Assembly: GCA_008632985.1 (NCBI GenBank)
Contig: QPGO01000086.1
Location: forward strand, 248,001 to 312,000
Length of the DNA: 64,000 nucleotides
Direction of reading: 5' to 3'
Source: Psammoneis japonica
Taxonomy: Eukaryota
A program made the translations under genes and the position numbers. Positions 25,449 to 38,309 of the stretch are shown one piece after another; positions within the stretch are counted from its first letter, which is position 1; each line of letters opens with the position of its first letter. The notes below the pieces were generated by a model. The model saw only the letters and a program-made list of their open reading frames with translations. It was not told the DNA's origin and did not search any database.

Positions 25449-26480
25449 ATGCATTTGTACCAGTATCTACCTGGAAAGTTCAAGGTGGATAAGGCGGAGC
25501 CACCACAGAAGATTGATACACTGGACCACACGACAACAAAAAATGCGGCGACCTCATCAGTCCTGACTCCACGTGAGAAGAATGTTGAGAAGACTGTTGA
25601 AGTCAAACCACACACCACCGGCGCTCTAAACCCAACATCTAAGGCGGAGGCAGAAAAGTTCAAGAAGTTGCTGGACACGAGACCACAAAAGAAAGCGCCT
25701 CCAAAGCATAAAGACAGCATGCCCACAACTCTTGATTTTTCTGAATCGACTGTCGTCTCCGAGGTAACAACCCCAACAGTACTGACATGTCCCAAGATCG
25801 GTCCTGGGTACTCGGATTGCTTGTCAGTCACATCGGATTTGACAACTCCGACCGTCATGCCCGGTGGGTCGCCCTTTGGACGACAACCACAGCATCAGCA
25901 GCAAACGAGTATGCTGGAAATGCCCAAACAGGTTCGGGAGCCTCAGATGCGAAGCCGTTCGGAGGTATTATTTAACTCGTCGAAGTTTTTGGAACGGGCC
26001 CAAAGTGCTCCACCAGCCAAGCGCCGTGCCAGTGCCAACGACACTCGACCAATCAGAGATGGTACGAAGCCAAAACGCGAAAAACAGCGACGATCGTCAA
26101 CCGAGAAACGTTCCCGCTCGCACAAAAAGAAGAAGAAGAAGACCGAAAAATCTCCCAAGCCGGACAGAGACTTGACAGATCGGTTGGCAAAGCTGCGAAT
26201 GAAATCAATTCGGGCACCACCAAAAGGCAAAGGGAACTCCATGGTGTCTTCTGCCCCTTCAAGGCTAGACATGGGATCAAGTGGCATGAACATCAACGGT
26301 GTTTCGGGCTCTGATGCGTCGTCGCCGGGGCGAGCTGCTTCCAAAAAGATGGAGGAGATCTTGTTGGCAACAGTTCAGCAATTGATGGACACGGAATACA
26401 AAGGAGACTTTGAGGAAGAGCCCCCCAGAAATAGACGACAGTGCCGGAGTTCATCGCCCAAAAGGAAAGCCAGACATTGA
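25449..26480 (+). CDS. Hypothetical basic, S/T/K/R-rich low-complexity protein
   Basis: Long ORF with normal composition and a poly-K NLS-like stretch; no domain recognised. Confidence 0.65.
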   Translation: MHLYQYLPGKFKVDKAEPPQKIDTLDHTTTKNAATSSVLTPREKNVEKTVEVKPHTTGALNPTSKAEAEKFKKLLDTRPQKKAPPKHKDSMPTTLDFSESTVVSEVTTPTVLTCPKIGPGYSDCLSVTSDLTTPTVMPGGSPFGRQPQHQQQTSMLEMPKQVREPQMRSRSEVLFNSSKFLERAQSAPPAKRRASANDTRPIRDGTKPKREKQRRSSTEKRSRSHKKKKKKTEKSPKPDRDLTDRLAKLRMKSIRAPPKGKGNSMVSSAPSRLDMGSSGMNINGVSGSDASSPGRAASKKMEEILLATVQQLMDTEYKGDFEEEPPRNRRQCRSSSPKRKARH

Positions 26481-26920
26481 CATGTGAAATGCGCTATGTG
26501 GCCTAAGGTATCACCGAAGGCCCACCAAGGACTGAGAAGTCCATCGATCGCCACGCGGAGATTTCATCATACATGTCATACGCAGTTTCCTGTGATAAAG
26601 AGCAAAAACAAAAGACTGAATTCTATCATCATGAAACTCAGCCTTTTAAAAGAGCACAAGTGATTCGAGAATGGATCATTACAAACATGCATAGTCTTTT
26701 ATGGTTCATTACTACTTTGTGCTTATGGTTTATAGTGTATCTTCTATGACAGACATGGTCACTGTGCAAGAGCGCTGTCAATAGCAGTACGGGAGAGGGT
26801 CGACGCCGAATATTTAGGTATCAGCAAAGCTACACATTTTAGCAAAATCTAGCTGGACGGCCGTCCCTGATAACGTTATGCGCTCTTAGGTTGACGGAAG
26901 CCTGGATCCAAACGGAAATA

Positions 26921-28159
26921 TTATTTAGCTTCGTCGATATTTTCTTTTTCCCCTGTGCTTCCAGATGGTGCGGATTCCTTTTGTTGACTTTCTACGTCCT
27001 CGTCATTGCCGTTGTCGTCATCTATTCCGTATCTACCAATCGTTTGGAGCTGGTGGACCGGATTTGTCACTTGAGCGTCCAAATCTTTATCATACAGTTC
27101 ATCTCCGCTAGCGTCAGTATTCTCGTCAGAATCATGCTGGTCAACACATGTCGTCGTCTCGTTGGTCGTTTTGCACAGAATGGCAAAAGTCATCCGTACG
27201 ACATGCACAGCCGCCCGCGGAACTGAAGAATGAGGATTCTTCTGAAGAAAACGATCATAGCGGGGACGAATGTAAACGAGCGCGTTCAGAAAGCCGTGGA
27301 GGGGGAGAAAGATTACAACCAGTAAAGGAATGATAAACGGAATGTCCTTCTTCATGGTTTGTCGACAGCGCAATACTGTGGAAGGCATCAAGGAGATGTA
27401 GAACGCACCCATATACAGGAATGCTTGCCATGCCACTTGCCGGGATAGTCTCGTGAGCTTATCCTTCCGTGATTGGCTACTACGAGAAGATCTGTACTTG
27501 CGTGACTTCTTTTCTCCCGCCCATACCGTCCAAGATACTACTGCCATGGCAAAGGTCGAACAGACAATGCAAAACCATGACGGCACATACATGAAAAGCC
27601 ATCGGTACAGCCAGGCATTGTCACCTCGAATGCATTTACCACTTGAGGACCTTGCGTTAGAACATGTCTGCGGTAACGAAGATATCCAGCACCATAACGA
27701 AGCATTGTTGTATAGTGTCAACGGTAGGCCAGCGATCGCGGTGCCGAGTCCGAACACTAACGGCCCAATGAGCATCCACTTTTCAATCTTCTTTATGCGG
27801 AACTCACTCCACTTGAATGTGATGACCAAGAGATAATAGATCGAGAGGAAGAAATTAGTCAATGGATAAATTGTGTACGTTTGAATAAAGAATCCTTGAA
27901 GGGTACACGATTGCGTTGTTCCCGATGCACCGTAAAGTCCGGTTTCGCTTGGAATGGGCCACGTGCTGAGAAAGAACATGAGCGAGGGCAAAATACTACC
28001 GCCAACCATGCCCAACACCAAGCGAGAGTATGTTTGTTTCCTCTTTGTTTCGTTTCTTAAAATGTCCGCGACAATGACAAGAGCGCCAATAATCGAGAGA
28101 GCGCCCGTTGCTTTTGGCACAATGGCGAGGGATCTTTGCTGACGCACAGAGAAGCTCAT
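26921..28159 (-). CDS. 7-TM GPCR-like protein (cAMP-receptor/Git3-like diatom family)
   Basis: Seven hydrophobic segments; motifs LSIIGA, Y.RLVLG, CTLQGFFIQ, LSIYYLL, WCWI and PLHGFLNALVYIRPRY. Confidence 0.85.
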   Translation of the reverse strand: MSFSVRQQRSLAIVPKATGALSIIGALVIVADILRNETKRKQTYSRLVLGMVGGSILPSLMFFLSTWPIPSETGLYGASGTTQSCTLQGFFIQTYTIYPLTNFFLSIYYLLVITFKWSEFRIKKIEKWMLIGPLVFGLGTAIAGLPLTLYNNASLWCWISSLPQTCSNARSSSGKCIRGDNAWLYRWLFMYVPSWFCIVCSTFAMAVVSWTVWAGEKKSRKYRSSRSSQSRKDKLTRLSRQVAWQAFLYMGAFYISLMPSTVLRCRQTMKKDIPFIIPLLVVIFLPLHGFLNALVYIRPRYDRFLQKNPHSSVPRAAVHVVRMTFAILCKTTNETTTCVDQHDSDENTDASGDELYDKDLDAQVTNPVHQLQTIGRYGIDDDNGNDEDVESQQKESAPSGSTGEKENIDEAK

Positions 28160-28639
28160 TGTTTGGTCATGTGGGTGAAATTGTTTCTTTATAGCAAATG
28201 AAGTGGTACGAAGCTTTGGTGCTCTGCTTCAAACTGCAGAAGCATTTTCATTTAATGTCTCGCAGTGTCTTAACTTTTGAAGGCTCGGAGATCATCGCCC
28301 TGCCAGAGTGGAGACATTGGCAACGTGACCAACAATCAAACACCCACCTCGTTCTCACTTCTCGCCATGTATCACGTGTCGATACGATTGCTAGACAATC
28401 ATACAGTAGGGACGGACAACGTCTTGAAGTTGAAGAGGTGTCACGCTGATAGAATTTGAAGATTATCACGCGAAACCGCAATCTCATTTTTTCAGTCGTG
28501 GATGCGCTCACGCGCGCAAACAGAACCAGTGCCATGGCATTTTATTTGACGACCCATTTGAGACTGTCAAAGGTTCGTCATCATGCCTCGGAGTGCATGG
28601 CAAGGAAAGTGTCATTACAAGAAAGAAGCACGCGTCAGA

Positions 28640-30180
28640 TTTTCTCCGAAAACAACTGAACAAATCACAACAAGTTTCTGTGTTCATCACAAGGCCACAA
28701 CTCTGCCTTGGTTTCACAGCCACACCCCCCCCTGCGTGTTTTTCTGCACAAGCTCTGGCGCAGATGTCGCTTTTCTCTGACGGTGCAACGACGGTTCTTA
28801 CCTGCCTGTTCAGACATGTTCTTTTATTGACATGCCTTTGTTCTGTGATCATTGGCAATCTTGTGCAGTGGAAAACGATTGGCATCAAGCCCCCTTTCAG
28901 CTTGTTTGCTCGGCACTCTTCTCAGCATTTTTCATTTTCAGTGTGAGTTGGTGGTCAATTTTCACTTCTCCTTTCCTTCTCATGTTGAAGGCATTCCAGG
29001 CTGCCTGTTTTGCCTTTGCAGGCAGACCCGATCCCAGGAAGATGGCCTGATCAAAGCATTGAGCACTTTCCTTTTGAAGCCCCGCTGTGGCTGCTGGCCC
29101 TGTTTTTGTTGTTGTCAGCTGTTTCTGGTGGGCACCACAGCTTTGTGGCATCAATCTCGACTGGCTGATTGTCATGAGCCCCTGCTGCATCGCATGATGT
29201 GCTGGGGGTGTGGGTTGGCTTGTTGCCGGAGTTGCAGGGCGGAAGCATGGCAGCACTTTAAATGCGCAGAGTTTGGGTTTTGGTTTGTGCTCATCACAAG
29301 GCCAGTTGTCCATTTGGTTCCAACCAAGAAACTGTTAGCTCAAATGGAGAAGATTGCATGCTGATGATCAAAGCAGCACAAAGCAGGTGCAAATGGATGC
29401 CACAAGAATTCTGAGCACAGCAAGGATGTTTTGAGTGGACAGGCAGCTTCGCTCCATCTGCGCCAGTTTCTCTCAGTGCTGTGACACCCATTTGCCTGAC
29501 ATGATGGAGTTGATTCTTTGCAATTTCAGCCAGTGTGAGTGGCAGCCTGCAACATGTGCAGGGATTTCTTTCAACTTGCATCAGGTGCTCTTGACGCTGA
29601 ACAATGCAGCAACAGGCCTCCCTGCCATGCCAACAAATGTCCATGGCAGAAGGACTCAAGTGACAAATCTCGGAAGAAAGTGGACAACATGGCCATCATG
29701 TGCATTAGCCCTCCTCATGTTGCTGCAGCAAGACAAGATTTGAGGTCAGTTTTCATGACAAGAATCTGCACTGGGTGTGAGGGAAAAAGCAAGTGTCGCT
29801 CACAAGCACTGCAATGAAAAGGAGTGACAAGCAGCTTTGTTGGCTGAGAACTGTTCAGACTGTGCACACACACACAATGGATGCCAAGAGAAAGCATGAT
29901 GCAAATCATTGCCATCCCCATTGGCTGCACTCTGTGCTTCTTGAAGTGCAGCTGCATGGACAGTGGAAAGCTAGAAAGGATGGGAGACTGGACACTTCTG
30001 GACAAGAATGAGGACTTTGGTGTCATTTGGCACTGGAAAGTGTCGCTTTGTTCAATTTGAGGAATGGGAGGGGAGTTGCAATGTTGCCATTGACTCACAA
30101 ACAGAAAGAATCTTGCAGCAAGGTTTGGCGTGCAATGGCAAAAGCCACGAAGAACTGGAAAATAAAGAGCAGTCACTGGA
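28640..30180. repeat. TpA-depleted decayed repeat block, family not identified
   Basis: Only a handful of TA dinucleotides in ~1.5 kb; overlapping Tyr-free Cys/His-rich ORFs in all frames. Confidence 0.65.
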
Positions 30181-30997
30181 TGAGATTAGAAGAGGTTAGA
30201 GTTGTTTTGAATAGAAAGCAGGGAAAAGCATTCACAAGTCGAAGCATGCTCGACACAGTTTCGCTGCGTGCCAATGTAAAGGTGTCTTGATTGCGGTCTT
30301 TCTTGGCGTCTTGCGACTCCCTGCAACGCTGTGTTTTGAGGGCACGAAATTAAAACACGTGTTGCTATTCGACTTTGTTCGAAAGCCACATTTCGTCGAA
30401 AATAAACATATAGCATCAGCCTGATATCGACAATCGCGCGTTGCAACAAGAGACCACTTGAGCGTGTAGAGTCTAGGTTGGCAGTGGGGTAGAACGCAAA
30501 CATCTGGCCCCATCTAGTGATGGATAATGTATTTCATCGGCACAGGGAATTAAGAGAACAGCATGGCAGTGCCTCCAATGCAAAGGCGTCCTTGAGATAT
30601 AAAGTACAGAGTCTAGTAACTTCTCCGTTCTCTAACTTTCAGAATACGACAAATACGGTCATCTGGCGTTTGTATCGCAGTTGGCGCGATTCTCGTTCAC
30701 TGTCATTTTAGGGATACAGCACATCTGTGCTGTGCACTGTGCACTCACGTAGAATCAGTACTGGCGCCTACAGAGCATACTATAGACCGAAGTACACGTC
30801 ACGCGTGGTCGTGGGTAGTCGTGGTATTGATCGTACCTGGTCGTACTTGTAGTCGTAGAAAAGCAACGGAGGCACTGCCGCTCACCAGAATTGAGAGTCG
30901 CTCGTCGAAACGCGAACGAGTGAAGCACGGCGCGATACCACTGTAGACAATGATGAACAACGCTATGTATTTCTATGTATTGGTAAGTCCTGTCCTC

Positions 30998-33205
30998 TTA
31001 CAGTTTTGCCATATCGAATGTAGGCTTGTGATTGACACCCTTGTTGCACGTCCTGAACTTTGACAGGGGCCCAGAATTCTCTTGCAAAAAACAATCAACC
31101 TTGCCGTCGTAGCAGTCGTCAAGGCACTGTACGACCCTAGCGGCTCGATATGCAAAGCTTTTGATAGGATCTTCCAAGGACTTACCGGCGCGCACCTGAT
31201 CTTTCACGTCCTGGCATGCATCCACAAATACCTGAACCTTGGTAGCAGCGTCCTTGGTGGATTTAAATTCAGATTGGCAGTCACGATCAAACTGTACGAC
31301 GGCATCACCTGTGGACTTGGTTTTTTTGGTGTTCCTTTCATCTTGAGCTGGGTCAGTAGCAGCTCGCTTCTCCCTTGCACTGTTGGCATTGGTGAGTGCT
31401 TCAAAAGTTGTAGACTGTGCAGCACGCACTCTTTCTGCAGCCGACTTGTCGTGCACTCGCATCACCACCTCTGCCTTGCTAGATCCAAGCTCACGAATCA
31501 AGAACTGCTTCATTTCTTCTTCATCAGACAAGTCCGGGGTGTATGATGTAGCTTTTGTGAACAGCTGCTTGACAGTCAATAAGTTGCTCTGCTGCACACC
31601 AAGCAGTTCCGTCACGCACCAATCAGCAAGTTCTGGTAGAGGCTTGCGGTACCTGGCAGAGTCTACCATGACGGATGCAAATGAAGAAAGATGCTTCATA
31701 TGGATGGGCTCCCATTTACCAACACGGTGAGCATCCTTGTCCTTTTCCCTATCAACTAGAGCCTTCAGTGCACCACTGTCAGAAAGGTAAGTCGCGGCAC
31801 TTGACACATTCTTGTGACGAGCGCTCAGCAACATGTTCGCTTCGGCCATCTCACCCAGCCGCCCTCCGTCACGCGTAGAGCCCCATTCAGCAAACGCAAA
31901 GCCAGTCCTTCGAAGAATGTGTGTTCCAATGATTTCAGTTGACATCTTATCAATGTCTCTTCCCAGAATGGTTTCGCAAGCAAACTTGAAAAAATCCAGG
32001 AGCGAGTCGCATGGAAAATTTTCGTCGTGATGTTCCTTGTTGAGCTCCAACTCGTCTCTAGTGGGAAACAACTTGCCCGACTTGATGCCGGAATAATGCA
32101 TCCAAAGGAGAGTGGCAATAGTTCCTGAGAATTCAGGACATTCTTCATCATCCCAAATCATGAAATGAAGATCCTTCTCGTCACGCTTGCCACGGATTTT
32201 GGTGCAGAGACCCTTGACGGCATTTTCCGACACTTGGAAGTACTCGGTGACAAACTTTTCAACCGTCATCTCCAAAACTTCTTCACAGCGTAGAAATAAC
32301 TTTGTACCAACAACAATGATAGTCCAAAGCATTAGATGATACTTGTCATTATGTGACAAACAGTGGTCTCGAATAGCCCGCACCTCGCCCGGCAAGAATG
32401 CAAAAGCACTTCTAGCTTCGTAGTAGTTTGATGCGTAGTCTTGCCATTGGTCAATTGCAGCCTTGAAATCTTCATGTTTGGTGGTATTTCCACGACGCCA
32501 GAAATGGGGATCACCAGGGTGTTTGCGGCATCCAGTGCCCTTTCGGGCTTCCTCCTCGCCAATCTCATGACAAGCAGTGCACATTTCTCGGCATTCGCCA
32601 TTGGTCGTTTCGTAGTGCTTGTGAAGCTTGCTCATGGCAGTGCGGAAGAGCCCAATGGAAGAATGACCTTTCCAATCACCAATGCAGGTGATAGGGTTTC
32701 CACACCGGTCCTTTACAGGAGCGTTCGTGCGGTTGTGAAGTAGTGGTTCGCCTTTTTGTTTTGTCCTGAACTGAGTAAACTGGATTGCTGTATCCAAATT
32801 CGAAGGAAAAGGATCTGATGGACACAAGTCACGTGCCGGCAGCATGGCACTTTCAGAATCATCAATCAGGTAGCAGAAGTCACGAAAAAGCCTCCATATG
32901 GGTTCATACCGTGCAATAGAACTAGTCGCAACAGCGTCAGTGCCTGCTTCGCCGGTCTTTTTGTTCTTTCCTGTAATTGCAAGTTTTGGTGACGTTGTGT
33001 CAAGCTTGTACTTCTTCAGTGTCTTATTCAAGCTCGACTCACCAAGAGAGCGGGTTTGCTGCGTTATTTTGAATCCGCCGCCCTTCAAAATAACGTAAGA
33101 TGTCATCGTCGAGTGTGTGTTTTCTCTCTCGCGAACGAGAAATGCGAGTTTTTGATGATTTTCTTTTGGCGCGCCCCTCGAGTTTTCGAATGACCTTTTG
33201 GACAA
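30998..33205 (-). mobile_element. Stand-alone tyrosine recombinase ORF (735 aa), Crypton-like element candidate
   Basis: Catalytic set in order: FLRCEEVL (R), RGKRD (K), GTHILRRTG (HxxR), ARHKNVSSAATYL (H..Y). Upstream CxxC..C..H..WRRGN motif. No introns evident. Confidence 0.8.
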
Positions 33206-33349
33206 AGCTACTTAGGGACGAAAGAAAGTCAAAAATTACTTATCAGTGCACCGCTGTGCACCGGAAACTATGCCAGTGCACTTGAAGTGCACCGCCCCCT
33301 TCAACTAAGCACACGTCACTATCTCAAAATATCACCCCCCCTCTGGTGC

Positions 33350-34882
33350 CTATAGATACTGCACTCTGCTAACCTTTATCAGTGCGTTGACAGCATGTCC
33401 CGTTACATCGAGACGTTGTTCGAACTCGTTCAGTCCAAACCCGAGTCCACCAAAGCCAGCTGCATCCGGTGGCACCTGATCCTGCACTTGTGCCAAAAAC
33501 CGAACGGCGTTCTGCACATTGTGCCAGTACATTTGGATACGATCCTTTTTGCTTTTGGATGGCTCGAGAGACATGGCTACTTGCGTTCCCTCGGCGAGCG
33601 CCTCCAAGCCGCAGGCGATCTCCACCGTCGACAAATGACTGTAGCGTCCCATCTCCAGAAGCTTCCACGGGCGTGAGCTAACGATTGCATCGCACAGCTG
33701 AAAAACGTAATCTGCCACGTTGGCGGCCGAAGCATCCGCCGCATCGGGCAACCAAGGTCCAGTTTTTGTCTTCTCCATAGGGGGGTCCGAATGCACGTCA
33801 GAGACTCCTTTATCTACCTGGCACAGAATATCATGGAGCTTGGCAAAGGCTTGGACTTGCCAGTTCCCGAAAAAGCTAGTGTAGCGTTCGTCGACGCCGC
33901 CGCTTAGATAAAAGCCAGAGTAGAAAGTGAAAGCATGCTGAGCTGCCAGAAGCATCTCACGACGCAAAGAAGCCGGAATGACATCTTGTTTTTCGCAGAT
34001 ATCTAATAGAGACAAGATTGCCTCTCCAGGATAGAACTCAATGCCTTGGAAAATTTCATCCGTGTCGCCGAAACGAATGGCGAACGCTCCTGTATCTTGC
34101 TGCATGGACAGGATTCCGTGCACCAAGTTCACAATGGGAATGCTGAACTTTGACGTGTCCAATAGCTCGAGTCGAAGAGCGCCAGTAGTTGCCAGAAGCA
34201 AGAATGCCGAATGAGCAATGTTGCTATTTTCCTTGAGAAGGTCTGGCGACAAAGCACAACAAGGACGGCTTCCTCTTCTTGCATCTGTAAATGTGAGATA
34301 TGGTCCGATGGAATATGCAGATATTGTCGAAACAATTGCCGAGGACAGGCACATGTCTAATTCTCTTTCCTCATTCATCGACATCCCAAGAGTTCTCTTG
34401 TTAGATGCGTGACTACCTCTAAGAAAGTGCAGGAGCGTAGTTGTATCCCAAGCAGATCCAAGGTCGCGAATCGGGCAGTAGGTGTGAATTTTTTGACCCG
34501 TCTCTGGGAGACACCGGTAGTAAAAACGATTGCTTCTCGGGTCAACCATCGAGCAAAAGTAACGTGACATTCGCGCAAGCATCTCTGGGACAGAGTTGAT
34601 TGGGGTGATGATAATATCCGATCGTGCTGCAGCTGCTGAGTCGTCTTCTCCGGAAATCAACCGAGATGCTGCCTTGAGTTTCTGTCGCCTTGTTTTCGGC
34701 GATTTTCTAGAGAGCGCTGACCGCGAGGCACTCTTCATGTTGCTGAATGCTGAGCTGTCGGAGTACTTTATGGATGCGAACCCCACCAAAACGTAGAAAG
34801 TGCAGGCTGTGAAAACGACTCGTTCAATCATCAAAATGAGAACAAAAGTTTCTCGACAACGTTTCCTCCTACCAACCAACAA
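33350..34882 (-). CDS. Putative (alpha/alpha)-barrel protein (six-hairpin glycosidase/terpene-cyclase-like superfamily), N-terminal signal/anchor
   Basis: 510-aa ORF; motifs RFYY, L.MQQDTGAF, FYPGEAILSL and RLDVTGHA.NAL. Confidence 0.55.
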   Translation of the reverse strand: MLVGRRKRCRETFVLILMIERVVFTACTFYVLVGFASIKYSDSSAFSNMKSASRSALSRKSPKTRRQKLKAASRLISGEDDSAAAARSDIIITPINSVPEMLARMSRYFCSMVDPRSNRFYYRCLPETGQKIHTYCPIRDLGSAWDTTTLLHFLRGSHASNKRTLGMSMNEERELDMCLSSAIVSTISAYSIGPYLTFTDARRGSRPCCALSPDLLKENSNIAHSAFLLLATTGALRLELLDTSKFSIPIVNLVHGILSMQQDTGAFAIRFGDTDEIFQGIEFYPGEAILSLLDICEKQDVIPASLRREMLLAAQHAFTFYSGFYLSGGVDERYTSFFGNWQVQAFAKLHDILCQVDKGVSDVHSDPPMEKTKTGPWLPDAADASAANVADYVFQLCDAIVSSRPWKLLEMGRYSHLSTVEIACGLEALAEGTQVAMSLEPSKSKKDRIQMYWHNVQNAVRFLAQVQDQVPPDAAGFGGLGFGLNEFEQRLDVTGHAVNALIKVSRVQYL

Positions 34883-35153
34883 AAATAAGCCTCACAGAAG
34901 ATTGATATACCACAGACTGTGGGTACAAAGAAAGAGTCGTCAAGAGGTATTTGTTTTGTCACGAAGCGCTTTTTCTCTGGCTCGTTTTTGATTTTGAGTT
35001 CTGGTTCGCGTGTTCGTACGTGTCAGAGGCCCAAATAATGTTCCGCGTTCGCGCGCGCTCCTCCGTCGCGTCACCGCGCGCGCACACGCTTTCTCCTGGT
35101 TCGTACGTGCGTCGTGCGCGGATGATGAGATCATGAGGCTACGGTGATCGTTC

Positions 35154-38058
35154 ATGGCGTTCACGTTGTTCATCACGAACAGTCCAGCGGAGCCAGAATC
35201 AAGCCGCCACTTTAGGACAGGTGCTAAGAGCTGCATTCAATGTTAACAGCTTGCTTCAAATGATGAAGTGCTCTCGTTTTCTTTCATTCTTTCCATTTGT
35301 GTTGCAGTTCTTTGCGCTTCTCTTTGCAATTTCACCTGATGCGAGTGGCACAACGACATCCCAGAAAATGTTTTCAACTCGCATCAAATTCTATCGATGT
35401 GTTGAACAACACAGTTGTCGAACATCTGGTGGAACTGTCAATCCAATGTGCTCAACAAAAATGCGTGTCAGAGATCTGTGCGGACTTGAATGTTCTCTCC
35501 CCCGAGAACAAACATCATGAAAATCAGGACCATCACAAAACTGATGCACAGAAGAGGAGGACATCACCGATGAAACTTTCTGCCTCATCATTGAAATGAA
35601 ACAATGGCTGTCAAGATCAGGACGGTCATCATGACAAAATCACTGACTCGATCGTGCGAGAGCCAATGTCCAACTTCCTCCGGGTTGGGGTCAAACGTTG
35701 CTTGCTCTGGAGACACTTGCAAGATTGACTGAGGAAGGAGCAGATCCCAATCAATCAAGAGTTCAGTCTGTGGTTTACACAACACTGAAACTCATCTTGG
35801 TTGATCAAGTGCTGGGTGCTTCTTGGATGATTCTGGGCTTCTCGCCGACACTCGTCATTCAAGATTGATTGCATCCAGCAAGATGAGCCGAGCCGAGGCT
35901 TGCACTGCATCAGTTGACAAGATTGAAACATTTCTCTTGTCTGATGAGGGCAAGCTGAGTTTCATTGCCTGCACTTGCAACTCACTGCCAAGGATTGGCA
36001 AGGTGCTTGAAGCAATTGGAGGCAGCATTTCCTCTGGCATTTTTGATGAAGCACAAAAGATGGAAGGAGCAGGAAGGCCATTTGGATGCGACTCCTCATT
36101 GGCACACACAGGCTCCAAAACAAATCACTGTTTTGGGATCCAAGCTTGACAAGTGCGGCGCACAAACACTCTTGCTGAAAGGGGGAGCAAGCGCCACTCG
36201 TTGTCTCTCGGGCATTCAGAGCTTTGTCAATGAAGATCTGTTTGGTCCATGTGTCAAACAACGGACGTCAGGAGAAAGCATGGAGCAAAACATTGCGGCT
36301 CCAATGACGCTGTGTGTTTTGGACAGAAGCGAACTTCATGCTGCAACAGGCAACAATGTCAACAAGGAAGGGGCCTTCTTTCTGCCCTTTGCCATCCAAG
36401 CATCTTTCCATGAGCTCAATGTGAGCCATGCTGTCATGTTTCACTCTGCCAATGCTTGAGCACAGGCTTTTGCAGATTTGGCTAGATTTTTGATGAAGGA
36501 CCATGTTTCCACATTTGTCGTTTGTGGTGGCACAAAGATGTCTTCTGCAAAATGCGAACAAACATTGCAAGAGGCAAGACGTGCATCAAAATCAGTTGTT
36601 GCCAACTGCAAAGTCCTGGCAACAGGTGTCGACAAGGTGGATTGGGACTTGGTGGCAATTGCGGATCCTGTCCGAAGCTCCGTTCTCGCACATCAAATGA
36701 TTGGACGCATCAGCCGGAAAGCATTTGGCAAGCAATGCGGTTGCGTCCTTGTTCCCATCCCAGTTGCTGCTGATGATGAATTGTCTGAGGATGCTTGTGG
36801 ATGCAAACTGTTTGCGCTTGCTTTTGAGGCCATGGTTGGCCTGGATCCTGAGTTGCATCAGGACGTCTTGTTTGTGATTGAAGAAAGCAGCAGACTCGTT
36901 GGAAGGCCTTTGAAAGAGACAGAGCTCCCTTCTTGTGTGCTCGAGTCATTTGTGCTCCCCGATTCCATGTCATTTGAAATGAAGAATGACGCGATGAATT
37001 GCGTCATCCGAGATTGCAAAGACAAGAGTTCCTGGGAATGATGGGAGACAAATGTTTCACTTCTCAAACAATTTAAGAAGAGGGAAGGAAATTTGAGGAC
37101 ACCAAAGGGTCACAAAGAGGATGGAATGAATGTTTTCAATTGGTCAAAAGCTCAAAGGAGAGCCAAAAAGAAAGGCAAACTGGACGCTTCTCGACAGAAA
37201 CAACTTAAAAAGATTGGGGTGATGTGGGATGTTCACATGATGAGCAATGGGACGCTGTGTTTTCACTTCTCGAACAATTCAAGAAACGGGAGGGACATTG
37301 CAGGGCACCAACAACGGGTCACAAAGAGGATGGGATGAATCTCGGCAATTGGTTAAGAACCCGAAGGAAAGCCAAAAGGAATGGGGAACTGCTCGCTTTT
37401 TGACAGAAACAACTTGAAAAGATTGGGTTTATGTGGGACGTTCATGATGAGCAATGGGACTCTATGCTTTCACTTCTCGAACAAGTCAAAGATCGGAAGG
37501 GCCATTGCAGGGTACCAAGGGGTCACATGGAGGATGGGATGAATCTTGGAAAGTGGTTAGACACCCAAAGGAGAGCTAAAAAGAAAGGTGAACTGGACGC
37601 TTCTCGACAGAAACAAAAAGATTGGGGTGATGTGGGACGTTCGTGATGAGCAATGGGACGCCATGTTTTCACTCCTCGATCAATTCAAGAAACGGGAGGG
37701 CCATTGCAGGGTACGAAAGGGTCACAAAGAGGATGGAACGAATCTTGGGACTTGGGTAAAACAACAAAGGAAAGCTAAAAGGAAAGGTGAACTGGACGCT
37801 TCTTGACAGAAACGATTGGAGAAGATCAGGTTTATGTGGGACGTTTATGATGAGCAATGGGAAGCTATGATGTTGTCACTTCTCGAAAAATTCAAGAAAC
37901 GGGAGGGACATTGCAGGGTGCCACAGGGCCACAAAGAGGACGGGATGAATCTTGGAACTTGGTTGCAAACCCAACGGAAAGCTAAAAAGAAAGGGAAACT
38001 GGAGAACAGCCGCAAGGAGCGACTGGCAGATCTTGGCGTTGTTTTTGCAAAAAAGTAG
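35154..38058 (+). pseudogene. SF2 (ResIII-like) helicase + five helicase-associated (HA) repeats; stops and frameshifts; helicase half TpA-depleted
   Basis: QLPPGWG(K/Q)TLLAL (motif I), IFDEAQK (II), NCKVLATGVD (V), QMIGRISR (VI). Five ~200-bp repeats W..M.SLL..FK.REGHCRVP.GH.EDG.NLG.W...QR from ~37040. Confidence 0.85.
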
Positions 38059-38309
38059 CCTCTACGATGCAGCGTGTCGAGCGTCGTTTGCTGAAATGCG
38101 CTTAGTCTCATCTGCCCTTACTTATATACTGTACTACAACGAATGATTACAAAACCTCGACTTGCTCTTTATTAGGCTTTTTGACTCAACCTAAATCCAG
38201 GGTCGGCGGTTCGAACGATTCTTTCCCCATTTAATATGATGAATCCTCCATACCGAATAAGTTCAATTTTATCTTTGTTGCTTTTATTCGTTGTTTCATG
38301 TAATTTTAT

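Noticed and set aside
29294..29659. Helitron Rep HUH motif in GIHLHLL
   Set aside because: His is inflated by TpA conversion and no other Rep or helicase motifs were recognisable.
35297..35599. Mrr-like nuclease motif (SIDVL..IQC) before the helicase
   Set aside because: Not conserved in the other two copies, which read FFQG and SIPD at the same place.
37040..38058. Regular ~200-bp repeats as a CRISPR-like array
   Set aside because: The units are wholly homologous coding HA domains with no unique spacers, in a eukaryotic context with no cas genes.
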